Below are positions 7,953-17,484 of a stretch of DNA of 30,706 nucleotides, one piece after another. Under the pieces are notes generated by a model. That model was not told the DNA's origin. It searched no databases and worked only from the letters and a program-made list of their open reading frames with translations. Origin of the DNA: Polyangiales bacterium. Its GTDB lineage: Bacteria; Myxococcota_A; Polyangia; Polyangiales; Polyangiaceae. Position numbers and translations under genes: made by a program. The stretch lies in NCBI GenBank assembly GCA_038230375.1, contig JBBRNJ010000098.1, positions 1 to 30,706 on the forward strand, given 5' to 3'. The stretch's first letter is position 1. The number at the start of each line of letters is the position of its first letter.

Positions 7953-9838
7953 GGACTTCCGTGCGCGTCCTCGAACTCGGCGTCGACGACGTTCTTCTTG
8001 TGGTCACTCGGGCTTGCTCCCGGGCCGCCGTCAGGGGACGCCGGTGCCTCGCGCAGGGCGTCTCCGATGCGCTGCGCTTCGGCCATCAGCCGTTCGCTCA
8101 CGCGCTTGACCACCTCGTCGTCCTGCTTCTCCAGCCCCTGACGACCTTCCGCGACCAGCGCAAGGAGTGACGCCGAGTCGGCCGCGCCGACCTTCGCGCC
8201 ATTCTCGCTCATTGTCTTCTCCGCCGCGTAGCAGAGGTTGTCGAGCACGTTCCTACGCTCGGCTTGCTCGCGGCGCGCGCGGTCATCGGACTCGTGCTCC
8301 GCCGCTTCCTTCACCATCTTCTGGATGTCCGCCTCGGAGAGCCCTGTGCTGGACGTGATGACGATCTTCTGGTCCTTGCCGGTCGCGAGGTCCTTCGCGG
8401 TGACGGAGAGGATGCCATTCGCGTCCACGTCGAACGTCACCTCCACCTTCGGCACCCCGCGTAGGGCCGGCGCGATGCCCTGCAACTGGAAGTTGCCGAT
8501 CGTGCGATTGTGCTTGGCCTCGGGACGTTCTCCCTGGAGCACGTGCACGTCCACGGCGGACTGACTGTCCGCAGCCGTGGAGAAAATCTCCTTCTTTTGC
8601 GAGGGCAATGTCGTGTTGCGCGGGATCATGACCGTCATGATCTGGCCCTGGGTCTCGATCCCGAGCGACAGCGGCGTCACGTCGAGGAGCACCATGTCCT
8701 TCACGTCGCCGGACAGTACGCCCGCCTGGACCGCAGCGCCCACGGCGACGACCTCGTCGGGGTTCACCCCTTGGTTCGGCTCCTTGCCAAAGAACTTCTT
8801 CACTGTCTCCTTCACCATCGGAATGCGCGTCGAGCCACCGACGAGCACCACCTCCACGATGTCGGTCACGGACTTCTTCGCGTCCGCGAGCGCTGTCCGG
8901 ACCGGGACCATCGTTCGCTCGATGAGCGGCGCGATCATCTGCTCCAGCTTGCTGCGCGTCAGGCGCAGGTCAAGGTGGACGGGCCCCGCAGCGCCGACGG
9001 TCAGGAACGGCAGGTTGATCGACGTCTCCTGCATCGACGACAGCTCGATCTTCGCCCTCTCCGCAGAGTCACGAAGACGCTGGAGCGCTAGCTTGTCCTG
9101 GCTCACGTCGATGCCGCTCGACTTGCGGAACTCCGCCACGATCCAGTCGATGATGACGTTGTCGATGTCGTCGCCGCCGAGATGCGTGTCGCCGCTGGTC
9201 GCGATCACCTGAACGATGTTGTCGCCCACCTCGAGCACCGAGATGTCGAACGTTCCGCCGCCAAAGTCGTAGACCGCAATCAGCTCGTCCTTCTTCTTGT
9301 CCAGACCGTACGCCAGCGCTGCAGCGGTCGGCTCGTTGACGATCCGCTTCACGTCGAGGCCCGCAATGCGCCCTGCGTCCTTCGTGGCCTGTCGCTGCGC
9401 GTCGTTGAAGTACGCAGGCACGGTGATCACCGCCTCCGTCACCTTCTCGCCAAGATAGTTCTCGGCCGCCATCTTCAGCTTGAGGAGGATGTGCGAACTC
9501 ACCTGCTCTGGGCTCTGCGGCTTTCCGCGGACCGAGAAGACGCTGTCGCCGTTCTGGGCGCGCTGGGTCTTGTAGGGAACTCGCTTGGTCTCCTCCGTCA
9601 CCTCGTCGAACTTCCGACCGATGAAGCGCTTCGCGGAGAAGATGGTGTTCTCGGCATTCGTGACTGCCTGGCGCTTTGCGATCTGGCCCACCAGGACGCC
9701 GCCTTTGTCGTCCCAGGCGACGACGCTTGGCGTTGTCAGCGCACCTTCTTCGTTGACGATCACCTTGGGCTCCCGCCCCACCATGACTGCCACGACGCTG
9801 TTGGTCGTGCCGAGATCGATGCCGATGATCTTGCCCAT
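7949..9838 (-). CDS. dnaK: Molecular chaperone DnaK (Hsp70) paralog
   Basis: [53 protein letters not shown]-terminal VVDAEFED. Start at ATG 9838 after GGAAGGAAG (629 aa). Confidence 0.97.
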   Translation of the reverse strand: MGKIIGIDLGTTNSVVAVMVGREPKVIVNEEGALTTPSVVAWDDKGGVLVGQIAKRQAVTNAENTIFSAKRFIGRKFDEVTEETKRVPYKTQRAQNGDSVFSVRGKPQSPEQVSSHILLKLKMAAENYLGEKVTEAVITVPAYFNDAQRQATKDAGRIAGLDVKRIVNEPTAAALAYGLDKKKDELIAVYDFGGGTFDISVLEVGDNIVQVIATSGDTHLGGDDIDNVIIDWIVAEFRKSSGIDVSQDKLALQRLRDSAERAKIELSSMQETSINLPFLTVGAAGPVHLDLRLTRSKLEQMIAPLIERTMVPVRTALADAKKSVTDIVEVVLVGGSTRIPMVKETVKKFFGKEPNQGVNPDEVVAVGAAVQAGVLSGDVKDMVLLDVTPLSLGIETQGQIMTVMIPRNTTLPSQKKEIFSTAADSQSAVDVHVLQGERPEAKHNRTIGNFQLQGIAPALRGVPKVEVTFDVDANGILSVTAKDLATGKDQKIVITSSTGLSEADIQKMVKEAAEHESDDRARREQAERRNVLDNLCYAAEKTMSENGAKVGAADSASLLALVAEGRQGLEKQDDEVVKRVSERLMAEAQRIGDALREAPASPDGGPGASPSDHKKNVVDAEFEDAHGSP

Positions 9839-9878
9839 GTTCGTTCTTCCTTCCGAGCTGTTCAGTGAGGATGCCGAG

Positions 9879-9894
9879 AGCATGGGACGTGCCA
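9879..9894 (-). promoter_or_regulatory. Putative sigma54 promoter for the dnaK-VIT1 operon
   Basis: Minus strand reads TGGCACGTCCCATGCT, a near-consensus match to TGGCACG-N4-TTGCW, 40 nt upstream of the dnaK ATG. Confidence 0.7.
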
Positions 9895-9952
9895 TCCGTC
9901 GGCTCGAGAGCGACGACCACGGCCAGGTACCCGTCGTGCATGGACCGGTGGA

Positions 9953-10840
9953 ATGCCCGCCGCCTCGATCGACGACCTTCGTTCGCAGGGAACGAGCCAC
10001 GCCCGGAAACTCCGCAAGGCTTTGAAACGAGCGCACGCCGGGGACGCGGAAGGCGTTCACGACAGTCGGACAAACGTGCGGCGTTTGCGCGTCGACCTCG
10101 AGGTCCTGGCGGGCCGCGTACTCGATGCGAAGGCGACCGCGCGAACGCTGAAGCACCTCTCGCGACTGCAGTCATCTCTCGGCAAGGTCCGCGATACCGA
10201 CGTCTTCGTGTCGGGACTAGCCGCCTATCGGCAAGAGCGCCCGCACACGCGCCGCGGAACGAAAAACCTGCTACGCGCACTTCATGCGCGGCGTCGGAAA
10301 AGCGTGCGCGCGCTCCGTCACAGCGCGCTCTCACGCAAGTCCAGGCGAGGTATCACCCAAGAGCTGCATGCACTGCTCGGCCGCGGCCAAGCGGCGCCTC
10401 GTGTCGGACACCGCGAGGAGCTTCGCGCCTTCATCCGGCGTGCGCTCGCGCGCGAGTACGCGGTCGCCGCGGCGCGCGTCCCCACGGACCTCCGCGACGA
10501 GAAGGCGCTGCACCGATTTCGCGCCGCATGTCGTTCCTTGCGCTTTGCCGTCGAGCTGTTTGCGGCAGGAGTGCCAGCGCTCGACGCGATCGCGAAGGAA
10601 CTGCACTCCGTCGAGTCCGAGATCGGCGCCCTCCACGACCACCACGTCGCCGCCGCGCTGATCGCGAAGTGGAGGACGCGCGGTAAGCTCCGCGACAACG
10701 CCGAGCTTCTTCGGTACAGGGACTGGCGCGCTGCAGAAGAGCGCTCCCTTCGCAGAGTCCACGAGCGGAAGTGGCTCCAGGTCCTGGGTGCGTCGTTCCC
10801 AAGGCGCGTGCAGCGAGCGCTCGACGCGAGCGTGTCCTGA
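9953..10840 (+). CDS. CHAD domain (polyphosphate-binding) protein
   Basis: Two repeats of the CHAD pattern: [12 protein letters not shown]...LGKVRDTDV and [16 protein letters not shown]...IGALHDHHV. Very basic sequence. Confidence 0.88.
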   Translation: MPAASIDDLRSQGTSHARKLRKALKRAHAGDAEGVHDSRTNVRRLRVDLEVLAGRVLDAKATARTLKHLSRLQSSLGKVRDTDVFVSGLAAYRQERPHTRRGTKNLLRALHARRRKSVRALRHSALSRKSRRGITQELHALLGRGQAAPRVGHREELRAFIRRALAREYAVAAARVPTDLRDEKALHRFRAACRSLRFAVELFAAGVPALDAIAKELHSVESEIGALHDHHVAAALIAKWRTRGKLRDNAELLRYRDWRAAEERSLRRVHERKWLQVLGASFPRRVQRALDASVS

Positions 10841-10905
10841 AGCCGGCGACTCGACGCGTGGACGCGCTTGTGACTCAGCGTGGCATTCTGCCGCGATGGC
10901 GACCC

Positions 10906-11427
10906 TCAGTGAATGGGGTCGACCTTGATGAACGCGCGTGTGTGGAGGTCGAAGGTGATGCGCACCTGGGAGGCGGACCCCGTCTCCACGAGCGCGGCGG
11001 CCACGAGCCTGTCCTTGGAGCCGCCATCGCAGCGGGCGCCGATCACCAGGGGCACCGTCCACATGGGCGAGATGTTCTTCTCGAGCCCGCGTTGGAGCTC
11101 TGACAAGCATCGCGTCGAGACCAGGATCGTGCCGTTGGAGCCGGCGCGCTCCGCCTCCAGGATCGCGTTCTCGAGAAACGCCGCGGGATCGCCCTCCGCC
11201 GGCACCCCGACCACGGCAATGTGCACCCCGTTCCGCACGAACATCTGCCGCTCCTTCGGCGGCTCGGAGGTGGACACGCTGAGGTCGTCGCCCGGGACCG
11301 CGCCGTGTGGATCGAGCCAGACGGTGACATCCACGCGGGGCTTTCGCACCTCTGCAGGCGAGTCCTGTCTGGAGCAGCCGGAGCTACCGAGCAGCACACA
11401 GACGATCGCGAGGTTCAGCGCGCGCAA
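10906..11427 (-). CDS. Putative lipoprotein resembling a degenerate half of a 5'-nucleotidase/metallophosphoesterase domain
   Basis: Signal peptide with lipobox-like SSG-C and a TTG start. Segments FVRNGVHIAVVGV...DPAAFLENAI...TILVST...LVIGAR...VRITFD. Confidence 0.55.
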   Translation of the reverse strand: MRALNLAIVCVLLGSSGCSRQDSPAEVRKPRVDVTVWLDPHGAVPGDDLSVSTSEPPKERQMFVRNGVHIAVVGVPAEGDPAAFLENAILEAERAGSNGTILVSTRCLSELQRGLEKNISPMWTVPLVIGARCDGGSKDRLVAAALVETGSASQVRITFDLHTRAFIKVDPIH

Positions 11428-11451
11428 GGTGGGTTAGGATTAGCACAAGCC

Positions 11452-13077
11452 ATGCGGCGTGCTCTACGCGCGAACGTGCTCTGGGCGGTCGTCGTCATGC
11501 TCGGCGTACCCCTCTCCATCCCCGCGATCGTGTGGGGCGAGCGCGGGCACGCTCTCTTTGGCTACTCGTTCGAATACGGTCTTGTGGTGCTTGGGCTGCT
11601 CGCGACCGCGCGGACCGCACGGCGTCGCCTCTTCCGGTGGATCGCGGTGGCGGCGTATCCGCTGCTGCTGCTCTTCCTCACGTACGAGTACGCGTTCGAG
11701 TCCTCGTTCCACAGGCCGCCGGCTCTCGCCGAGGACTGGCGACTTGCGATCAACCTTCTTCATTTCCTCTCGGAGATGACGTCGCTCAGCTGGGTCGCCG
11801 CCATCGGCGGATCGCTCCTGGGCGTGGTGCTGATCATCGTGCTCTTGAACCGCACGTTCACTGCGTTGCAAGAGAAGGACCCTGCGGTGCCCCTCCGGCG
11901 TCTGGGCGTGGCGGCGCTTGCGTGGGCGCTCCTGTCGGGCATATTGACGTTCGCGGGCGCGCCGCTCGCGAGCGCGAAGATCGTCGACAACACCCGCGCC
12001 TCCGTGGCAGTCCACGATCGACTCCGCGCGCTGGGCGAAGGAGGACCCGACGCGCGCTACCAGGATCTCATGAGGGTCCGGCTCCAGAAGAAACCGAACT
12101 TCTATTTCCTGGTCATAGAGGCCTATGGGGAGATCCTCACCACGTGGGACATGGCGGACGCCTACCGTGCGCTGATGGCGCGGATACAGACGCGCCTCGA
12201 GGCGGCGGGGTACCGCGCGCGGACGGGGGTGAGCTCCGCGCCGGTGCACGGCGGAAGATCGTGGCTCAGCCTGGGGACCATGCAGACCGGCATCCTGATC
12301 GACCAGCCTGAGAGCTTCACTCTCCTGAAATCCAGAGTGCAAGAGGTGCCCACGCTCATCGGCTTCTTCCGCAATCAGGGCTATCACACGGCGAGCCTGG
12401 AGCCGGGAACCAAGGACCGCACGGGTGTTGGCGCCGACGACATGTACGCCCACGAGCTGCGCATCACCGCGCCGCAGCTCGACTACCAGGGGACGAAATA
12501 TGGTTGGGGCGTGATCCCCGACAGGTTCAGCCTGGAGACCTTCCGCAAGTCGAACCTCCCCACGCTCGCGGAACCTCGATATCTCTTCTACATGGCTGTC
12601 TCCACGCACTACCCGTGGACGCATGACACGGTCCCCGCGTACGAGGAGAGCGCGGACTGGCCGCCGCTGCCTGGCGTCGAGAAGATCGGCACGGACTACC
12701 GACTTCACTATCTGAAGAGCGTCGAATACGAGTGGCGTGCGCTCGCTGAATTTCTCGAAGCGGACAGATCACAAGACGCGGTGATCGTGGTGCTCGGAGA
12801 CCATCAGCCGCGGCTCGAGTCGAATTCGCCCGGTGAGGTGACCTTCCACACGCCCGTGCACATCCTCTCGAAGGACGGTGCGTTCGTGGAGAGCTTTGCG
12901 GATATCGGGTTTCAGCAGGGCCTCTATGCAGAGCCCGGCCGGGGTCAAACGTTGAATCATGAGGGCCTGTTCTCCCTTCTGGTAACGAAGCTCGGAGCCG
13001 CGTACGGCACGCCGGAGACCAGGTGGCTCGCGACCTACTTCCCCGAAGGGATCAGCCTTCGGGGATTGAATCCGTGA
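11452..13077 (+). CDS. Membrane-anchored alkaline-phosphatase-superfamily (sulfatase/LtaS-like) transferase
   Basis: About 5 N-terminal TM helices, then PNFYFLVIEAYG, GGRSWLS (putative Ser nucleophile), STHYPW and GDHQP metal motifs. Confidence 0.8.
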   Translation: MRRALRANVLWAVVVMLGVPLSIPAIVWGERGHALFGYSFEYGLVVLGLLATARTARRRLFRWIAVAAYPLLLLFLTYEYAFESSFHRPPALAEDWRLAINLLHFLSEMTSLSWVAAIGGSLLGVVLIIVLLNRTFTALQEKDPAVPLRRLGVAALAWALLSGILTFAGAPLASAKIVDNTRASVAVHDRLRALGEGGPDARYQDLMRVRLQKKPNFYFLVIEAYGEILTTWDMADAYRALMARIQTRLEAAGYRARTGVSSAPVHGGRSWLSLGTMQTGILIDQPESFTLLKSRVQEVPTLIGFFRNQGYHTASLEPGTKDRTGVGADDMYAHELRITAPQLDYQGTKYGWGVIPDRFSLETFRKSNLPTLAEPRYLFYMAVSTHYPWTHDTVPAYEESADWPPLPGVEKIGTDYRLHYLKSVEYEWRALAEFLEADRSQDAVIVVLGDHQPRLESNSPGEVTFHTPVHILSKDGAFVESFADIGFQQGLYAEPGRGQTLNHEGLFSLLVTKLGAAYGTPETRWLATYFPEGISLRGLNP

Positions 13078-14026
13078 ACGCTGCCAGGAAGTCGCGCGCG
13101 GCGTCTGCCCAGGAACGCGGTGGTGGACGGTGAGTCAGCGCGGCGTGATGACGAGCCGCGAGCTCCGCGGCGTCGCTGGCGAGCCGGATGCACTCGTCGG
13201 CGAGCGCCTGGTCTGAATCCACGAGGCATCCGCCAGACGACGGCTCGACGAGCGCGGCTGTGTTTCCGCCTGCTCTCGCCACGATCGGTATGCCGAGCGC
13301 CCGTGCCTCGGCCAGCGCGAGCCCGAACGACTCCATGCGTGAGGCAGACACCAGGAAGTCGCTCGCCGCGATCGCCGCGATGGTCTGCGCGGGTGAGAGC
13401 GCCCCCAGGAACTCCACGTCTGGTCCGGCCGCGTGGCATGCAGCAGCGTATTCCGGATCGACGTCGGGACTTCCCACCACGGCGAGCGCGAGAGGGCGCG
13501 ACGCGAGAGCGCGGAGAAGCGGCAACACGCCCTTGCCGGGGACAAGATTGGCCACGAGGAGGGCGCGCGAGGAGCCTGCGGCCTTCGGGCGTTGCCCGAT
13601 CTCGGCGTGCGAGCCCGCAGAAACGGTGACGTCGATGCCCGGCGCGACGACCACGACCGGTCGCGGCTCGGGCGCGAGCCGGGTGAGCGCGTGTGCCATG
13701 AAGACGCTCGGCGTGACGAAGCCTTCGGCGGCGATGAGCGCCGTGCGCTCGGCGTCCGAGGGTGTGGTGCCGGCGACGAGGCACGGAAGATAGTGGGCGA
13801 GCAGATGGCAAGGCGCGAAGCGCGGCAGAGCGTCGAGATAGAGGCTGTCGACGAACACGCGTCGCCCTCGTCCAGCGAGCGACTCTGGATCGTGACCATC
13901 GAGAGTGGTCTCGTGCACGTCGGCGCCGGCTGCGCGCAAGGCGGAGATCAGGCGCAGGTTGTAGAGGTTGCCGCCCGTGATCTTCGCGCACGGGTCGGGC
14001 CGCACGAAGACGTGAGCGCGCTTCAC
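13052..14026 (-). CDS. Glycosyltransferase family 4 (GT-B)
   Basis: TGGNLYN, VANLVPGKG, ESFGLALAEA (Ex7E). GTG start overlaps the RibD stop (GTGA). Confidence 0.9.
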   Translation of the reverse strand: MKRAHVFVRPDPCAKITGGNLYNLRLISALRAAGADVHETTLDGHDPESLAGRGRRVFVDSLYLDALPRFAPCHLLAHYLPCLVAGTTPSDAERTALIAAEGFVTPSVFMAHALTRLAPEPRPVVVVAPGIDVTVSAGSHAEIGQRPKAAGSSRALLVANLVPGKGVLPLLRALASRPLALAVVGSPDVDPEYAAACHAAGPDVEFLGALSPAQTIAAIAASDFLVSASRMESFGLALAEARALGIPIVARAGGNTAALVEPSSGGCLVDSDQALADECIRLASDAAELAARHHAALTHRPPPRSWADAARDFLAAFTDSIPEG

Positions 14027-14958
14027 GTTCGAACCGTGCAGTCGAACAGCACATCGGGGCCGAGCGAGAAGTGGCGCCACTGGAGCGTGTGCGCCTCTCC
14101 GAGCTCGCGGATCTCGGGCAACGTCAGGGATGGACGGCCCGACCCGAACACCACCGGGGAGACCGTCAGGTGCAGGCGTCCCAGCGCGCCGGCAGCGAGG
14201 AAGCTCGACACGGTGAGGCCACCGCCCTCGACGAAGATGCGTCGCAAGCCTCGTCGTCCGAGCTCCGCCAGGATCGCGGGCACGGGGAGCTTGCCGTCGG
14301 GAGCCTCGACCGCGACGACCTCCGCGCTGCCATGCTGCGGGTTTCTTCGGGCAGCGGCGGCGGAGCAGAAGAGCAGCGCCACGGAAGGCGCGCCGGAGAA
14401 TACGCGGCAGTCGGGCCCGAGTCGGCGTTCGGGATCGATCACGACGCGCACGGGGCTCGGGCCCTTGCACAGTCGCGTCGTCAGCAGCGGATCGTCCTCG
14501 TGGATGGTCCGACGCCCGACCACGACGACGTCGAACAATGCTCGCAGCCGGTGCGTATGGAGCAGGCTCTCCTGGCCAGAGATGAACTGCGACTTGCCAG
14601 AGGCGGTGGCAATGCGACCGTCCAGGGTCTGCGCCAGATGGCCAACCGAGAGGCGCTCGCTTCCTCCACCCACGCACAGCGGCATGTAGAGATCGAACAG
14701 CTGCTCGAGCTCCGCTCGCGCGCCCGCAACCGAGCTGGACGGTGCGGCGCCGTCGGGCCACGACCACCCGCGCGGTGTTCCGGGGCGCGCCACGATGAAG
14801 GGCGCACGTGACCCCGTCTCGAGCGCGCCGTCGTCGGTCAGACGCAGCCCCATGTCGCCCGTGACCGGGGACCCATCACCCGCACGCCGCGCGAGCGCGA
14901 GCAGCAGTGCCCAGGCGATCGCCTCCTGGGGAGCGACATCTACGACGGCGGCCGACAC
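14023..14958 (-). CDS. RibD C-terminal (pyrimidine reductase-only) family protein with N-terminal extension
   Basis: AQTLDGRIAT, HRLRA, VVVGRRTIHEDDPLLTTR, IFVEGGG. No HAE/PCxxC deaminase domain. Confidence 0.88.
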   Translation of the reverse strand: MSAAVVDVAPQEAIAWALLLALARRAGDGSPVTGDMGLRLTDDGALETGSRAPFIVARPGTPRGWSWPDGAAPSSSVAGARAELEQLFDLYMPLCVGGGSERLSVGHLAQTLDGRIATASGKSQFISGQESLLHTHRLRALFDVVVVGRRTIHEDDPLLTTRLCKGPSPVRVVIDPERRLGPDCRVFSGAPSVALLFCSAAAARRNPQHGSAEVVAVEAPDGKLPVPAILAELGRRGLRRIFVEGGGLTVSSFLAAGALGRLHLTVSPVVFGSGRPSLTLPEIRELGEAHTLQWRHFSLGPDVLFDCTVRT

Positions 14959-14984
14959 CCCTCTTTTCCTAGCATGGCCACGTC

Positions 14985-16496
14985 CTAGGCGGCCAGGGTC
15001 GAGGACAGACCCGCGAGTAGCTCCAGTGCTACGTGCGGCGGCGGGGCTCCCGTTGCTCGCTCCACGACCTGGTCCCTGCCCACGGCCAGCTCGCGGGAGA
15101 GCTCCTCGAAGGCTGCGCGCCGCACGTGGGCGAGCCGCGCGCGCTCGTCGCTCGTGAGCCGCGTCTCCAGGAAATCAGCCACGTCCCAGGAGATGGCAGC
15201 GTGCTCCGTCTCCTCGAATGCGATCTCCGCCATGCACGCACGCACCTCCCGATCCTCCGCGTGCGTGGCCTGGTGGTGCGCGACGAGGGCCGAATAGGTC
15301 TCGCGCACGCAGCCCTCGCGCACGTTCTCCACGGCCATGTCGAACAATGATCGGGTCTCGACGCAGGGGGTGATTCGCGGCGCTTGCGGTGTGACGCCGT
15401 ACTTCCGTGCAAGGCTTGTCGTCTTGCGTGTGTGACGGATCTCGTCCTTGATCGCGGTGCGCACGCGCGCAAGGAGCTCGGCGGGCGCCTTTGCGATGGT
15501 GAGCTCGCGGTAGAGCCTTCGAAACGCGACCACCGCCGCGCCCTCCAGGATGGCCATCTGCGCAAAGTACTGGCCGATCGTGCCGCCTGCAGCGGGCGCG
15601 CGCGGCATCGAGAGACCTTCGGGACGCCGTCCTGCGACCGCGCAAGGCCCTTGCGTGGGCAGTGTCGCCGTGTCGACGACCGTCACGGTCCCCGCGTAGT
15701 CCACGTGAACCGTCGCCGTCACAATGTTCGGTGCGCAGTTGTCGCCCTTGATCAGCTGGAGATCGTACTCGCCATTCGGCGTGATGCGATATTGCGAGTC
15801 CGCGACGTTCGGGCTGCTGCACGACAGACCCCAACCGGCACCGCCGGCGGCCCAGAGCGCCTCTGTCACAGTATCGAAGCGGCCCAGGAGCGCCTTCGTC
15901 TCGGCATCGGTGCGCGCCACGCCGATCTCGTTCCCGCGTGAGTAGAGGATGTATTGGATCGAGCATCCCGCGTTGCCATAGCTGGATGCGGGGTACTGCG
16001 AGTCGCAGGCGGCCTGGTTCGTGGGAAGCACGCGGTAGTTGCCTGTCTTGCTCTGGCAACTTGCTTTGTCTGTCGCCGTTGCGCATATCGAGCCGGCGGA
16101 ATCCAGGTTCATTGCGGTCCAGCCGTCGCCCTCCGCACCGGGAGGGGGCGGCTTGACGTCACCGCCGGCGTGGCCGCTCGCAGGCAGAAACGCCGACTCC
16201 ATTCGGGTGACGGCGCCGTCGAGCGGTGGGTCTGCGCGCATTCCCTTGAGCAGAGACAGGCTCGCGACCGGCCCTGTGCAGAGCGATTGATACTCGCTCG
16301 TTCCTCCGCCGTCCCCGTAGTCTCCGCCGCCGGACGACGCAGAGGTGGCTCCGCCGCATGCGGCACCGCTCGCGACGAGCATCGTGCCCGCAGCCGCGGT
16401 CAGGATGGTGCTGAAGGCGCGATGCAGCTGGAGGCCCCGCGCAGAGAGAGCTCGCCGACCCACCATTGTCATCTCCTCTTCGGTCCTGGTCTTCAT
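14985..16496 (-). CDS. Myxobacterial secreted lipoprotein with Cys-rich N-terminal region and C-terminal ferritin-like di-iron domain
   Basis: RR-containing leader, hydrophobic stretch and GAA-C lipobox. GRRPEG hinge, then E...DEIRH...EGCVRE...EETEH ligands. Confidence 0.85.
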   Translation of the reverse strand: MKTRTEEEMTMVGRRALSARGLQLHRAFSTILTAAAGTMLVASGAACGGATSASSGGGDYGDGGGTSEYQSLCTGPVASLSLLKGMRADPPLDGAVTRMESAFLPASGHAGGDVKPPPPGAEGDGWTAMNLDSAGSICATATDKASCQSKTGNYRVLPTNQAACDSQYPASSYGNAGCSIQYILYSRGNEIGVARTDAETKALLGRFDTVTEALWAAGGAGWGLSCSSPNVADSQYRITPNGEYDLQLIKGDNCAPNIVTATVHVDYAGTVTVVDTATLPTQGPCAVAGRRPEGLSMPRAPAAGGTIGQYFAQMAILEGAAVVAFRRLYRELTIAKAPAELLARVRTAIKDEIRHTRKTTSLARKYGVTPQAPRITPCVETRSLFDMAVENVREGCVRETYSALVAHHQATHAEDREVRACMAEIAFEETEHAAISWDVADFLETRLTSDERARLAHVRRAAFEELSRELAVGRDQVVERATGAPPPHVALELLAGLSSTLAA

Positions 16497-17407
16497 GAGT
16501 CGCTCCTACGCAGCCGGCGTCGCAAGAAGGTCACCACACCCAGCGCGAGCCCAAGGGACCCGAATGCGGGCGCGCTAGAGGGCGCGAACGCACAGCCCTT
16601 CGACGTGCCCGCGCCGGACGGGGCCGCCGGGTTGTCCGTTGCGCCACCCGTGGCGGCCGGAGAGGGCGTGAGCATCTCTTGCGCAGGCGTGCCGATGTTC
16701 GGCGCCGGACACGAGAACTCCAGCTGCGTCGGCGCGGACTCCACGGTGGTCGCGAACGGCAGGCGCGCCACGAGCATCACCTGGTGCGTGTTCCCTGCCT
16801 TCGCGGTGACCGCATCGCACCAACCTTGTGCGTCGACCGCGCCAGTCGGCGATATCTTGGTCTCCAGGATCTCCCCGTCTATCGTGAGAGCGAGCTCGTA
16901 GATCGCGAGCCACGGCTTGATCTCGTCCGCAAGCGTGTAGCTTGCATGGATCGCGATCTCCGAGGTGCCGTAGTCCTTCACAGTGAACGTGGGCGTCCCC
17001 GTGATCGTACCGACCAGCGTCGGGAGCGGCGCCTCGGGAGCGGCCGTGAATTTGATCTTCCCGCCGCCGGGAGTGGCGCCGTAGCTGCAGTAGGGATTGA
17101 AGTCGATCTCGTAGCTGTGGCCTGCGATGAGCGGCTGACTCGGGACCACCTTGTTCCAGCCTCCCGCGACCGGCCCGAGCGTGGCTGCGGCCATCGTGCC
17201 CGTCGTTCCATCCAACACCGTCACGTCGTTCGAGGTCGTCGAGAGCGCGTCATAGGCGAAGGCAGGGATGTTGACCGGAATGGTCGTCGCCTTGGCCGGG
17301 ATGAGCTCGGCGGGGATGCATACGGCTGCGGGAGCTGCCCACGCCATCGGAGACGCTGTCAGCGCCGCGCCCACCCACAAACACGTTCCGAAGATGCGCC
17401 ACTTCAT
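16493..17407 (-). CDS. Secreted beta-rich protein with a MYXO-CTERM sorting signal
   Basis: Signal peptide ending AWA. C-terminus GCAFAP...LGLALGVVTFLRRRLRR (GC, TM helix, Arg cluster). ATGA overlap with the downstream gene. Confidence 0.8.
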   Translation of the reverse strand: MKWRIFGTCLWVGAALTASPMAWAAPAAVCIPAELIPAKATTIPVNIPAFAYDALSTTSNDVTVLDGTTGTMAAATLGPVAGGWNKVVPSQPLIAGHSYEIDFNPYCSYGATPGGGKIKFTAAPEAPLPTLVGTITGTPTFTVKDYGTSEIAIHASYTLADEIKPWLAIYELALTIDGEILETKISPTGAVDAQGWCDAVTAKAGNTHQVMLVARLPFATTVESAPTQLEFSCPAPNIGTPAQEMLTPSPAATGGATDNPAAPSGAGTSKGCAFAPSSAPAFGSLGLALGVVTFLRRRLRRSDS

Positions 17408-17419
17408 GCATGCTGTTCA

Positions 17420-17435
17420 AGCAAGCCTCGGACCT
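17420..17435 (-). promoter_or_regulatory. Putative sigma54 promoter for the MYXO-CTERM/ferritin-like operon
   Basis: Minus strand reads AGGTCCGAGGCTTGCT (GG-N10-GC, TTGCT), 12 nt upstream of the ATG. Confidence 0.45.
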
Positions 17436-17484
17436 ACCGCAAACGCCGTATTTTCCCGGCTTTCGCGCGCGCGCGTGGCACAAC

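Noticed and set aside
8238..9868. Long plus-strand ORFs antisense to dnaK (8510-9091, 8577-9212, 9182-9868)
   Set aside because: Typical antisense shadows of a GC3-biased Hsp70 gene; no independent motifs or RBS.
5609..11451. Mobile element or genomic island with att sites
   Set aside because: No recombinase, tRNA, terminal inverted repeats or convincing direct repeats; only a short GTTAG is shared at the two edges.
14023..14958. Calling this gene ribD of riboflavin synthesis and 3617-4027 queD
   Set aside because: No deaminase domain and no ribA/ribE/ribH or queC/queE neighbours; the PTPS catalytic motif is non-canonical.
14971..14986. GG-N10-GC upstream of ribD (minus strand AGGACGTGGCCATGCT)
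   Set aside because: Only the minimal dinucleotides and TGCT match; expected by chance at this GC content.
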